64,000 nt of DNA from a virus (taxonomy: Duplodnaviria; Caudoviricetes). Numbering within the stretch: position 1 is the stretch's first letter; every line of letters begins with the position of its first letter. The notes under the pieces are model-generated. The model worked only from the letters and a program-made list of their open reading frames with translations. It was not told the origin of the DNA and did no database searches. The position numbers were made by a program, and so were the translations under genes. Positions 18,197-27,414 of the stretch are shown one piece after another. The stretch lies in the IMG/VR virus record IMGVR_UViG_3300027782_000029, positions 128,001-192,000 of that record. The stretch is one strand, 5' to 3'.

Positions 18197-18835
18197 TTAT
18201 ACCTTAGCTTTAGCTACGGCTCTTGCTACTGTTAAAGACTTTCCTAAGTCCAGTATAGACATCTTTGTTGTTTCCCATATCTTAGGAGCAATAGCAGAGC
18301 TGAACATTGGACAATCCAATACACAAAAATCATACTCATTACTAAATTCAGATATCTGAGACATAACACTATCTATTTTTTCATAGAAATCGTTATAAGG
18401 AACATGAATAAAGGCGGAGTCCTTAGAAAAATATTTAGATATAAGACTCTTGTACTGAAAGCTAATGACTAAAGTTTTCGTATGCTTAAGATAGTGAGAC
18501 ATAAATATTTTAAATACTTCTTCGTTGTTATTAATGTAATTTTCCAAGAAGGCTGCATCTGCAAACTTTTGATTGCTAAGACCAACTCTATTAAGTTTAT
18601 CTTCAAATGTTTCTAGGAAATCTTTTTGAGATGCTTTAAAAAACATGGGGTCAGAGCTTGTTAATCCAGAAAGAATAGCATTGGTAAAGTTTTTTGGTGG
18701 TTTCTTCTCACCTTTTAATTCTCCAATAGCACTAAATAAAGAAGATCTTGTATAGGTAACGAATGCAAACCTATTCTTCTTTTCTAGCAATTCTGTTACT
18801 TTGATTATAGTTTGCTTTTCGGTTAAAGTTTCCAT
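18197..18835 (-). CDS. Hypothetical protein, weakly GT-D-fold-like
   Basis: 212-aa ORF adjacent to a GT2 gene; C-terminal ILDLGKSL. Confidence 0.45.
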   Translation of the reverse strand: METLTEKQTIIKVTELLEKKNRFAFVTYTRSSLFSAIGELKGEKKPPKNFTNAILSGLTSSDPMFFKASQKDFLETFEDKLNRVGLSNQKFADAAFLENYINNNEEVFKIFMSHYLKHTKTLVISFQYKSLISKYFSKDSAFIHVPYNDFYEKIDSVMSQISEFSNEYDFCVLDCPMFSSAIAPKIWETTKMSILDLGKSLTVARAVAKAKV

Positions 18836-18836
18836 T

Positions 18837-19520
18837 TTATTTATTCCAGTTCATTAGTACAGGGTTAGGATCGGCTATAGATTGAATGTGATTTATGTTA
18901 TGAAACTGACCTGCATCTAGAGTCATGTATCGTTCGTGCTTAGATTTCTTGTCCTCATCACGGACATAACCTAGGTGTTGCATCATTAGTTTTGATGCTC
19001 TCCAGAAATTATGAGCTCGCACTAACTGGGGCACATAGGTCGGTTCTGAACCGCATGCTAGCTTCTTGTCAAAGAATGTTCCGCCATTTTGATATCTAAA
19101 GATTCTAGAACTATCGCTTGGAGTCCATAGCTTGTCTACTCTATATTGAGTATCATTCCACATGTGATAGAATCTCACGTTAACAACATCATAAGGAGAT
19201 CTATTAAGGACATCTCTTAATTTCATATCGTGTTCATGAAAAAGCATTTCATCACAGTCTATTGCAACTATCCAGTCACCCTCTGTTGCAAACTTCTCTA
19301 AGTTTTTCCATGCAGTTGATCTTAAGTTTCCTTCGCTTTCATTAAACATTGATTTGTTTGAACTAAAGACTTCGGCGTACTTAGAAGCTATTTCTATTGT
19401 GTTATCTGTAGAGCAGTCATCAGTGAATATTATTTTATCTACTTGCGCAGATAGTCTTTCAAGCACTGGCTCTAAGAATCTATCAGCTTCGTTTTTTCCA
19501 ACTATTTGGGCGATTATCAT
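18837..19520 (-). CDS. Glycosyltransferase family 2
   Basis: IIFTDDCSTDNT, WIVAIDCDE (DxD), HLGY. Confidence 0.8.
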   Translation of the reverse strand: MIIAQIVGKNEADRFLEPVLERLSAQVDKIIFTDDCSTDNTIEIASKYAEVFSSNKSMFNESEGNLRSTAWKNLEKFATEGDWIVAIDCDEMLFHEHDMKLRDVLNRSPYDVVNVRFYHMWNDTQYRVDKLWTPSDSSRIFRYQNGGTFFDKKLACGSEPTYVPQLVRAHNFWRASKLMMQHLGYVRDEDKKSKHERYMTLDAGQFHNINHIQSIADPNPVLMNWNK

Positions 19521-19535
19521 TTTAACCTCTTAAGT

Positions 19536-19571
19536 AAAAAAGGGCTGGGGATTCGCTACCCCAGCCCTTTA
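19536..19571. terminator. Rho-independent terminator
   Basis: GGGCTGGGG/CCCCAGCCC stem flanked by A- and T-runs. Confidence 0.85.
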
Positions 19572-19584
19572 CGTACATGAACTA

Positions 19585-19776
19585 TTAAGCTGTAAGCTCT
19601 TCGATTTGATCACGAGCTTCGATAGAAGAAATGCGCTCAATATCTGTAGTATTGAACAATACTTCCCCCGTAATTCCACGGCGACCCATAGAAAGCTTCT
19701 GTGCATCTGTCTTGTTATTTGCTTTTACAAGTGTTGTGGTAGTAACAGCAAAGTACTTGAACTTGTTATCTGACAT
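19585..19776 (-). CDS. Hypothetical protein
   Basis: 63-aa ORF with GGA..A RBS, followed by a terminator. Confidence 0.65.
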   Translation of the reverse strand: MSDNKFKYFAVTTTTLVKANNKTDAQKLSMGRRGITGEVLFNTTDIERISSIEARDQIEELTA

Positions 19777-19789
19777 TTTATTTTCCTTC

Positions 19790-20194
19790 TTATTTTGTTG
19801 GATAATGTATTGCTATATATTCTATAGCATCTTGCAGGGTGTCTGCAAGTTTTGTTGCCATATATCTCATATATGGTCGATCTTTATTCTGATTAGAACA
19901 CATAACAACTGCTGGTTGATTATGGATTTTTGCCCATGCCATTTCGTAGTCTGTTCCTATGTAGGCTCTATCTTCTAACATGTATTCTACCAGAAGAATG
20001 TCTGATCTCTTCTGCATAAATAGATTTTTTTGTACCTTTTCTTCTGGGGACATATCTTCCCCTTCTGGTATAGAAGTTGGGTCCAACACTTTGTATCCAC
20101 GTAAGGCCAACATGAATGTAGCTTCTTGTCTCCATCCCTTGGCATAGTCGCCAACATAATCCATAGCGCCAGCTAAATAAACTGTAATACTCAT
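19790..20194 (-). CDS. Nucleoside 2'-deoxyribosyltransferase / dNMP N-glycosidase-like protein
   Basis: VYLAGAM, VLDP, SDILLV, GTDYEMAWA. Confidence 0.75.
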   Translation of the reverse strand: MSITVYLAGAMDYVGDYAKGWRQEATFMLALRGYKVLDPTSIPEGEDMSPEEKVQKNLFMQKRSDILLVEYMLEDRAYIGTDYEMAWAKIHNQPAVVMCSNQNKDRPYMRYMATKLADTLQDAIEYIAIHYPTK

Positions 20195-20595
20195 ACAGGC
20201 CAATAATACTCTAAGTCTGATGGTTCGTCAAAATACTCAGAATAATATTCATAATCTTTTCTAAGAAGATTAGATCTATGAGAACGATGAAATTGATCAT
20301 CACCAAACCATGAAGGCAGGATCATCTTACTACTATCTACTTCTTCAAATACCATATTATTTTTATACCCACGATTCATCCATTCGGCAATCGTATGGTT
20401 TTGATATACTTTTAATGCTTCTTCGTAACCAGACCACATGCGAGTGACTGGATGATTGCGCCAGCCTTTCGTATGCGTTCTTTCGAGTAGAACATTAAGA
20501 ACTTGATATGTTTCAACACGTTGTTTTCCTAACCGGCGATAATCTAATACTTGAACTGATTTAACAAAATCAGAATATGGTAAAAATGTTTGCAC
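20191..20595 (-). CDS. Pyrimidine-dimer DNA glycosylase-like (MSMEG_6728 family)
   Basis: MQTFLPY, LDYRRLGKQRVE, GWRNHP, HRSHRSNLLRKD, YYWPV. Confidence 0.8.
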   Translation of the reverse strand: MQTFLPYSDFVKSVQVLDYRRLGKQRVETYQVLNVLLERTHTKGWRNHPVTRMWSGYEEALKVYQNHTIAEWMNRGYKNNMVFEEVDSSKMILPSWFGDDQFHRSHRSNLLRKDYEYYSEYFDEPSDLEYYWPV

Positions 20596-20996
20596 TATTT
20601 AACTTTCTTGAACTCAGTGAAGGTTTTGTCACCAACACCATAATACTCTCTAGCTAAGCCAGAAGCAATTATATCATCATTCAAACAAGCTCCTGCTTCA
20701 TTCCAAATCTTTGCAAGAACTCTTCCATACTTTTCGTTCTTATCTATAATTGTTTCTATTTTTACTTTATGACCGGCAGCGGTTAACCATTGATCAGTAA
20801 ACTCTTTTGCTGCAAGACCCATCTTTTTTTCTTCTATATTAGAAGTACGACTCTCTGGTGTGTTCACTCCATAGAGACGAACTCTACCCTTCTTAAGGGT
20901 GTCGAAACCTAGGTCGATAATAATATCAAACGTATCTCCATCAACTACTTTTTTTACTTCTGCGTTGTATATCCACGGATTTAATTTTTCTGTCAT
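20595..20996 (-). CDS. Thermonuclease (SNase) family protein
   Basis: VVDGDTFD, RVRLYGVNTPE, KYGRVLA. Confidence 0.85.
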   Translation of the reverse strand: MTEKLNPWIYNAEVKKVVDGDTFDIIIDLGFDTLKKGRVRLYGVNTPESRTSNIEEKKMGLAAKEFTDQWLTAAGHKVKIETIIDKNEKYGRVLAKIWNEAGACLNDDIIASGLAREYYGVGDKTFTEFKKVK

Positions 20997-21008
20997 TTTA
21001 ATCTCTTT

Positions 21009-22097
21009 CTATATTTCTTTTATCTGATCTATTACCCATTTTATCACAGGGCTTGCTACTCCGTTGCCACACATTTTATATCGTGCTGAGTCGGAGTTAG
21101 TCTTCCCATCTGCTCTATTTAGAGTATGATTATCGGGCCAACCCATCAGTCTTTCACACTCCAATGGAGTCAGTCGACGTATGTTTGTAATCGGCTGTGG
21201 AGACACCATTGGGACTGTATTGCCTCCAGTGCCCATCCTACGGGTTAAGCACGGGGCTATATCGTCTTCGTAGGTTCTTACATTATTGACTCTTGTTCCA
21301 TCAAGAATAATTGGTTTAGATTCAACTACTAGTTTATTTTCAGATACGTATTGATTTCCAACACCCTTATAGTCTCTAGCCTGTAATGACCCAACGATCT
21401 CTACTACTAAATTCTCTCCTCGGCTTGATGGGACTCCCCCTTCACCACCGCTTCTAAGGCAGTTTGCAACTTCTCTGGCAGCTTCTTGCCCTTGTTTGAG
21501 ACTCTTCTTAAAATCCCCTGAGCTGCCTTCGTTGACAGGGAGTACTTTGTCTGGACATCTTGAGGCAATTGCAGTATCGAAGACAGAGAGGAGGTACACA
21601 CGTCTTCTTCTTTGGGCGACTCCGAAGTATTGTGCATCCAAGACTGCCCACTCACTGAAACACGCCCCTGCTTCATCCATTTCACGGAGGGCTTGCCCGA
21701 AGTCTGCACCTGCGTTGGATGATAAGGCTCCTGTGACGTTCTCCCAGATTGTCCATTTAGGATATTGTCCATTTGATTTTTCTCTCATTTCTTTAATTAT
21801 TCTAGTTGCTTCAAAAAATAGACCTGATCTTTCACCATCAAGTCCTGCTCGTTTACCTGCAACAGAAAGGTCCTGACATGGAGATCCAAATGTTATTACA
21901 TCAACAAAGGGAAGATCGTATCCGCTAACGTCTTTGATGTCACGAAATTTTGGAACGTTTGGCCAATGGTATGAAAGCGTTTGCTGGCAATGCTCATCTA
22001 TCTCTACCTGGAATAAGCAGTCTAGTCCTGATTCATCTAAACCAAGATCTATACCACCGACTCCAGCAAAAAGAGATCCGTATGTTTTGATTGACAC
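21009..22097 (-). CDS. dcm: DNA cytosine-5 methyltransferase
   Basis: LFAGVGG, GSPCQD, ENV, QRRRRV, RRLTPLECERLMG, GNGV. Confidence 0.92.
   Translation of the reverse strand: MSIKTYGSLFAGVGGIDLGLDESGLDCLFQVEIDEHCQQTLSYHWPNVPKFRDIKDVSGYDLPFVDVITFGSPCQDLSVAGKRAGLDGERSGLFFEATRIIKEMREKSNGQYPKWTIWENVTGALSSNAGADFGQALREMDEAGACFSEWAVLDAQYFGVAQRRRRVYLLSVFDTAIASRCPDKVLPVNEGSSGDFKKSLKQGQEAAREVANCLRSGGEGGVPSSRGENLVVEIVGSLQARDYKGVGNQYVSENKLVVESKPIILDGTRVNNVRTYEDDIAPCLTRRMGTGGNTVPMVSPQPITNIRRLTPLECERLMGWPDNHTLNRADGKTNSDSARYKMCGNGVASPVIKWVIDQIKEI
21407..21772 (-). CDS. Out-of-frame ORF nested in the MTase gene (EcoHK31I beta-polypeptide-like)
   Basis: 121-aa same-strand alternative frame with SSLSSIL..VQTKYSLSTKAAQGILRR..KGKKLPEKLQTAL. 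Confidence 0.55.
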   Translation of the reverse strand: MDNILNGQSGRTSQEPYHPTQVQTSGKPSVKWMKQGRVSVSGQSWMHNTSESPKEEDVCTSSLSSILQLPQDVQTKYSLSTKAAQGILRRVSNKGKKLPEKLQTALEAVVKGESHQAEERI

Positions 22098-22099
22098 TA

Positions 22100-22915
22100 T
22101 TAGTCTCTCTCTATTCCTATGTGGTCACAAGCTTTTCTGAATATCTCTCTACTTATAGGGAAGTATCTGTCTGCATGACTGATGCCCTCTCCTGGTTTTG
22201 GAGTGCTAGCGTGCCAGCTATGACCTATTGAGACAGAGCCATCATAAACCACGTTATAGCCAAGATGTCTTGCAAAATACGAGCACCAAGTCTCTTCATA
22301 ATAGTGTGGGGTTGGCAAGAATGCGCCTATTGCATCTGGATATATTTCTCTGTAGTTAGGATCATTGGTCATTGCTTCCCATACATCTCTTCTTACGAAA
22401 TAAGCAGAGCCAGATACTGTAACGCAATCAATTTGATCCCTATAGAGAGAGTCTTCTGGGTCATGCTCTCGCCAGCCTCTGTGCTTTGGTTCAGTATTCG
22501 TACCGATTATGCCTGCATGAGTTATGTAACCATGCTCATCTCTTTGCTTTGGACCAAGTATGTGAATGTTTGGGTTATTTGCAAAGGCTTTTTCTATATT
22601 CAAACAGTCTTCATTTGTCATCCAAACGTCGCCATTTAATACTCCAATTATCTCTGCACTGCTTTTGGAAGCCATGTAGTTAATTGCAGAAGAGTATCCT
22701 ATATTTTTTCTTAAGAACGTTCTATCAATTAAATAACGTTCCTCATTCTCTCTCAGCCATGGGACAAAGTCATCTGTAGAATCATTGTCCATGATATAAA
22801 GGTTCCAATTTTTTTCGAGCGCACCATTTGAACTGTATAAATCTGAATGCAAAGTGTCCAAAAATCTTTGCAATAGTGGTCTAGTGTTGTGGTTTACCAC
22901 GCATAGGTCAATCAT
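22100..22915 (-). CDS. Glycosyltransferase family 2
   Basis: CVVNHNT, IMDNDSTDD, NIGYSSAIN, LNGD, YYEETW. Confidence 0.8.
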   Translation of the reverse strand: MIDLCVVNHNTRPLLQRFLDTLHSDLYSSNGALEKNWNLYIMDNDSTDDFVPWLRENEERYLIDRTFLRKNIGYSSAINYMASKSSAEIIGVLNGDVWMTNEDCLNIEKAFANNPNIHILGPKQRDEHGYITHAGIIGTNTEPKHRGWREHDPEDSLYRDQIDCVTVSGSAYFVRRDVWEAMTNDPNYREIYPDAIGAFLPTPHYYEETWCSYFARHLGYNVVYDGSVSIGHSWHASTPKPGEGISHADRYFPISREIFRKACDHIGIERD

Positions 22916-22921
22916 AGTTCC

Positions 22922-23167
22922 TCAGACACTCATTCTTGCTACAACTGTAAGCTCAAAAGAATCTAACTCAGTAAATCCCATATTTATAAACTCATCATAT
23001 TCTTTTTTTGCCTTGTCTAGATCATACAAGCAGAACTCTTCTAATCTATTCTTATACTGCTGAGCAGTTACCATCTTTTTTTCTTTCGGTTTATCTTGAC
23101 TCTTAGCAATAAGATAGCCGATGCAAAAGCATCCAGCTAAAAAAATTACTGACTTACTATTCTTCAT
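22922..23167 (-). CDS. Hypothetical protein with N-terminal TM segment
   Basis: VIFLAGCFCIGYLIA; start codon uncertain (23167-23173). Confidence 0.55.
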   Translation of the reverse strand: MKNSKSVIFLAGCFCIGYLIAKSQDKPKEKKMVTAQQYKNRLEEFCLYDLDKAKKEYDEFINMGFTELDSFELTVVARMSV

Positions 23168-23396
23168 CATCATCGTATCCATCTTCTCCGTTAAAGTATG
23201 TCTTTGCAGACCATTCGTATATACCATTCACTATATCATGATATCTTAACTTTTCCTGCTCTGATTTACTATCGTTAGCAATAGAAACGTATGTACTAGC
23301 TATGTGATTAAGAGTCTCTATCTTAGCAACAAAGGCTGCTTCTCCAGAATTAATCTTTAATAATATTTTCTTTTTTTGATTCTTTTTTTTAGTCAT
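23157..23396 (-). CDS. Hypothetical protein
   Basis: 79-aa ORF in the operon. Confidence 0.6.
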   Translation of the reverse strand: MTKKKNQKKKILLKINSGEAAFVAKIETLNHIASTYVSIANDSKSEQEKLRYHDIVNGIYEWSAKTYFNGEDGYDDDEE

Positions 23397-23625
23397 CGTT
23401 TTGTTTTTTCTTTTTTATTTCTGCTGTCTGTACTTCTTCTTCTGCAACTTGATAAACACAAAGGTTTTGGCTATCCGGTTCAAATGTAACAAACAGAATC
23501 TTCTTATCTTTTAAAGAGTAACCTTCTGGTGGAGCAGATTCTAGTGCTATCTTTTTAGAAGCACAACCAAACACCTGACTCAGTCCGTCGTATACAACTA
23601 CATAATTTAATTTTCCAGCAGCCAT
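23389..23625 (-). CDS. Hypothetical protein
   Basis: 78-aa ORF, TAATG overlap with the upstream gene. Confidence 0.6.
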   Translation of the reverse strand: MAAGKLNYVVVYDGLSQVFGCASKKIALESAPPEGYSLKDKKILFVTFEPDSQNLCVYQVAEEEVQTAEIKKKKQNDD

Positions 23626-24071
23626 TAGCTTACCATTATCGTTTCTACTCCTGCTTTATTTAAAAAAGCTTTTATGTTAGCCCAATCATTATAGCTATCA
23701 TCATGCATATAATACAACTTTGTGACTGTAGAATTTGCTATTAACTTTGCGCAAGTAAAACATGGAGGCCCATTCACATACAGCTTTATGGGTTTAGAAC
23801 TATAGTCTGAGTGAAGGAAAGCATTCTGCTCAGCGTGTGTTGCTATGCAATTGTCATACATTGATCCTGATTCAGAATTTACTAGAGCTCTTGGGCACCC
23901 ACCATCAGAGCAGTGCGTAAAGTTTTTAGGTCCACCATTGTAACCTGTTCCGACAACATGACCAAACTCATCGACTAAAACCGCAGAATACTTTTTCTTG
24001 CTACAGGTTGAGAATATGGTCGCATGCTGTACACATAGCTCCATGAATTGTAAATCTTTTCTAGATAACAT
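23625..24071 (-). CDS. dCMP deaminase (Zn-dependent cytidine deaminase family)
   Basis: GTGYNGGP, HAEQNA, PCFTCAK. Confidence 0.88.
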   Translation of the reverse strand: MLSRKDLQFMELCVQHATIFSTCSKKKYSAVLVDEFGHVVGTGYNGGPKNFTHCSDGGCPRALVNSESGSMYDNCIATHAEQNAFLHSDYSSKPIKLYVNGPPCFTCAKLIANSTVTKLYYMHDDSYNDWANIKAFLNKAGVETIMVS

Positions 24072-24075
24072 ATTA

Positions 24076-24234
24076 CTAGATAAAGACTAAAATTCCAAGA
24101 AGGATCGCTCCAATTATGCTTGAGACTACAGCTATGTTCTTATCTCTTTTATTTTTTTCAACTTGAGCTAATATTTGTAGATTAGTAGAGATTACTAGCA
24201 GGAGTGCAAATAAAGTAATTTTTATAAACAACAT
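24076..24234 (-). CDS. Small membrane protein, 52 aa, absent from the ORF track
   Basis: Manual translation MLFIKITLFALLLVISTNLQILAQVEKNKRDKNIAVVSSIIGAILLGILVFI*. Confidence 0.55.
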   Translation of the reverse strand: MLFIKITLFALLLVISTNLQILAQVEKNKRDKNIAVVSSIIGAILLGILVFI

Positions 24235-24236
24235 GA

Positions 24237-24944
24237 TCAAGACCCTGATCCCATTAATGCCATCATAGAGACTGGATAAAGTGGCTGTACAAGCCTATAG
24301 ACTGCGTTTGCATAATCCTGTATCTCAACTTGAGAATCCTCAGCAAGTCTTTGTGAGAGGAAAAGCACAGCTGATTGCAAAGAGCAAGACCATCTATACA
24401 CTACGTACATAGAATAAGCTGGCAAAAATAGTCTGGCTTGCTCCGCAGCAATTCCCTGCTCCATTGCCATTTTGTATAAAGCTTCACCTTTTTCAGCATA
24501 AGACATTAGGGAGTCTGTTAGTGTTGATCCTATAAAAGGGTCAGCTATGCCCTGAGAGCCCTGTTTCTTATCCTCTGGTGCCAGTCTCCATTGATTAGGC
24601 TCTGGAATATAAAACTCTGGCTCCATGGTTATATATCTTCTTGAAGATTCATTCCAAGAATCCATAGTATGATCAGATCCAACGACATATTTCCAATGCT
24701 GTCTAGCCACCATCAATGGGGCTTTAAATTCAAAGGTCATAAATGCATGTCTGAATGGAGACATGTGATTTTCTCTTGCCAAAAAGTTAATTAACTTTCC
24801 ATCAGATGGAGTCATTGAATCTTTTTCTTTTGCAAAAGAAGCTCTAGCTGCATTTACAACAGAAAGATCACTTCCCATATTGTCGACAAGTCTTACATAA
24901 CCCTTATCTAAAACATCTATTAAATTAATCGGTTTCTCCATCAT
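24237..24944 (-). CDS. thyX: Flavin-dependent thymidylate synthase
   Basis: VVNAARASF, HMSPFRH, VARQHWKY, SWNESSRRY. Confidence 0.92.
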   Translation of the reverse strand: MMEKPINLIDVLDKGYVRLVDNMGSDLSVVNAARASFAKEKDSMTPSDGKLINFLARENHMSPFRHAFMTFEFKAPLMVARQHWKYVVGSDHTMDSWNESSRRYITMEPEFYIPEPNQWRLAPEDKKQGSQGIADPFIGSTLTDSLMSYAEKGEALYKMAMEQGIAAEQARLFLPAYSMYVVYRWSCSLQSAVLFLSQRLAEDSQVEIQDYANAVYRLVQPLYPVSMMALMGSGS

Positions 24945-25281
24945 AATCTTCTTCTTCACTTTCATCATCTTCATCTTCTAGATGTTGACTTAATTCAAAT
25001 ATAACATTTAATTCTATCATCTCAGCGATAAAATCTTCACTTATTTTATATAGAGGACCCAGTAATTCTGTTACTTCTTCAGAGATTATATATTCTGAAT
25101 CCGTGTACATAGAGTATATCAGAGAATTGACATTTAGTAGTGACTCCATAAGAGACTCTTGCATATGAATTAACTCTTTTACTGTATCAAATTTATTTAA
25201 AGCATTGACGTCTTCAATAGAATTGTTTGACATCATTTCATTAAAAATTTTGTCTATATTAGAGTCTTCCTCTTTTGCCAT
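24925..25281 (-). CDS. Acidic hypothetical protein
   Basis: 118-aa ORF with an Asp/Glu-rich tail. Confidence 0.65.
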   Translation of the reverse strand: MAKEEDSNIDKIFNEMMSNNSIEDVNALNKFDTVKELIHMQESLMESLLNVNSLIYSMYTDSEYIISEEVTELLGPLYKISEDFIAEMIELNVIFELSQHLEDEDDESEEEDYDGETD

Positions 25282-25288
25282 GACTACC

Positions 25289-27400
25289 TTATTGATTATC
25301 TTTAATTAGTCTGATCTCACAAGCGTCTGTAGTGCAGTAAGATTCACCTATTGCATCAGCTGCCATTCCGGCATACACTCCTGAAAAGTCAATTGGGAAT
25401 AATTTCATTTCTCCATCTTCATGATATTCTTCTTCCGTAATCTGCGTGTAAGGCATCTGTGGATAGGTAAAGTTTCCAGAAGGAAGGAACGAAACTGTCT
25501 TCAACTGACCATCATACATGTGCAACACTGTGCCGACGTGCTGAGATTCAGTTTCTGGGTCAAACGATACAGTAACAGAAACTGAATTATCCGACCAATA
25601 TCTTTGTGCGACTGCTGCTAAAGACATCTTTTCAAAGATTGTAACATCACGTTCAGCACGCTTTGCATCTGATTTAATTGGGAAGAATACTACAGTTGTG
25701 GTATCGGGCGATTCTGAAGCTGGCTCAACCCTATAATTTGCCATCTTAAATAAAGGTAGCATTGGGTCTTCGTTAGAGAATCTAATAGCACGATTGAAGT
25801 ACTTGCCACCTGGTGTCCAGTGGACGCCTGGAGACTCTCCAGCGAGGATAGAGACGGTTCCTGAGGGCTTTACAGTGGTCATCTTAATAGACTCCCTAAT
25901 GCCAAGCCATTCTGAGTATATATTGTCATATCTACTTATTGTCTTGTAGCCCTCATTCATCCACTCACGCAACACTGGAATACCTACACGGTCAGCAAAG
26001 TCTGCAACTCCAGACATGGAAGTTCCAATACGGCGATTTCTTTGCATGATGGCGTTAGTCTCTTCCCAGTGAGTCGGAAGAAGAGTTACAGTTTTAGCAT
26101 AAAGGTATGCAAACTTGAGAGTACGCTTATAGTCTTCTAGTGAGTCGTGTCTACCTAAGTATGTCTCTACTAGAGTGCAGCACTCATATGACTCTAGAGA
26201 CTGTTCTGCACATGGGTTAAAGCCTACAACTCTGTGATCTTTATTGTTTGCTGGATCTGCAAGACGACCATACTTACGGGCCATGTCCATCCAGATAACA
26301 CCTGGCTCACCATTTCTGGCTATGCCATCTACTATCGCTGAAAGATCTTGACCAACAGAAACCTCTACAGAGTTGTTAGACATCCAACCCCAACCTGGAC
26401 TGGTTGGATCATAACTATTACGCTCAGGAAAAACCTCAGCGTTCTTTAGATTGAGAAAATCATTGTCGTCGATTCGTCCAATAAGGAGTTCAGCTGAACG
26501 ACGAACGTTTCCACTAACAACGCATACGCCAATAAGGTTTCCGATGTCAGCAATGTCTCTACGTGTTAACTTCTCGCCACCACGATTTATAAATAGCTTT
26601 CTTATTGCTTCATGCAACTTGATCAAAGGTTCTGGTCCAGAAGCTGTTCCGCCAAAAGTTTTAATTGGACTACCCAATGGTCTAATGAGTGAGTAATCAA
26701 AAACAATAGGGCTCTGCTCTGGCTTTAGGTACGAGTTAATTAAGTCGCCAACAGATCTTGCCCAACTCTCTCTGTCGTCAGCAATAACATCAGTTATTGC
26801 AGGCTTGCTAGATTCATGTATCAAGAAGTCTTTATCGGCACCTTTGTCGTCAAAACCAACTCCAACTCCAAGCATTGAAGCTTCCATGAGAAAACTAAAA
26901 GGCTTAGATGGATTTAACTTTGTCATCTCAGCGGTGCTTACAAATGCACAGTTCTGAAGTGCAGCTGAATTCTTTTGCACATTAACTATTTGGGTTCCCA
27001 TCATCCATAAGCCACGGCCTGGTGGTGTCCACTTTAAATTGAATAAGCGATCAAAAGCTTCTTTGGCAGACGCTTGAGCTTTTGCATCATTCCAAGGAAG
27101 TCTGCTCTTCTTACAGTGATCTTTTTGTAAAGAGTACATTCCATTTATTATTCTTTCACAGACATCAGCCCAAGTCTCTTTAGTACCATCTTCTTTTAGT
27201 CTAGAATATGTACGAAGAAACGTAATTTCTCCAACAGAGTTTCCTCCGGCATCCCTATAACCAAACGGAGCTTTTTTTATTCTGTATGAATCTAAAAAGT
27301 CTTCAGTAATTTTAAAAGAAAATATCGAAACACTTTTCGGCGCATTTATACTGAGTGTACTGATGTTTGATTCTTCTTCTAGGGCTATGATATCTGTCAT
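25289..27400 (-). CDS. nrdJ: Class II (adenosylcobalamin-dependent) ribonucleotide reductase
   Basis: WTPPGRGLW, ALQNC, GNVRRSA, FNPCAEQ..ECCTLVE, TTVKPSGTVS, C-terminal YCTTDAC. Confidence 0.93.
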   Translation of the reverse strand: MTDIIALEEESNISTLSINAPKSVSIFSFKITEDFLDSYRIKKAPFGYRDAGGNSVGEITFLRTYSRLKEDGTKETWADVCERIINGMYSLQKDHCKKSRLPWNDAKAQASAKEAFDRLFNLKWTPPGRGLWMMGTQIVNVQKNSAALQNCAFVSTAEMTKLNPSKPFSFLMEASMLGVGVGFDDKGADKDFLIHESSKPAITDVIADDRESWARSVGDLINSYLKPEQSPIVFDYSLIRPLGSPIKTFGGTASGPEPLIKLHEAIRKLFINRGGEKLTRRDIADIGNLIGVCVVSGNVRRSAELLIGRIDDNDFLNLKNAEVFPERNSYDPTSPGWGWMSNNSVEVSVGQDLSAIVDGIARNGEPGVIWMDMARKYGRLADPANNKDHRVVGFNPCAEQSLESYECCTLVETYLGRHDSLEDYKRTLKFAYLYAKTVTLLPTHWEETNAIMQRNRRIGTSMSGVADFADRVGIPVLREWMNEGYKTISRYDNIYSEWLGIRESIKMTTVKPSGTVSILAGESPGVHWTPGGKYFNRAIRFSNEDPMLPLFKMANYRVEPASESPDTTTVVFFPIKSDAKRAERDVTIFEKMSLAAVAQRYWSDNSVSVTVSFDPETESQHVGTVLHMYDGQLKTVSFLPSGNFTYPQMPYTQITEEEYHEDGEMKLFPIDFSGVYAGMAADAIGESYCTTDACEIRLIKDNQ

Positions 27401-27414
27401 TTTTCATCTTTCTT

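Noticed and set aside
21496-21876. Plus-strand 126-aa ORF opposite the methyltransferase
   Set aside because: It is an antisense shadow in an already doubly coding region and has no recognisable features.
24925-24974. thyX overlap with the upstream acidic ORF
   Set aside because: This is an ordinary short overlap once the start at 24941/24944 is used.
9693-27400. Inteins or introns in dnaE, dnaB, nrdJ
   Set aside because: Lengths are normal and no intein or homing-endonuclease motifs were seen.
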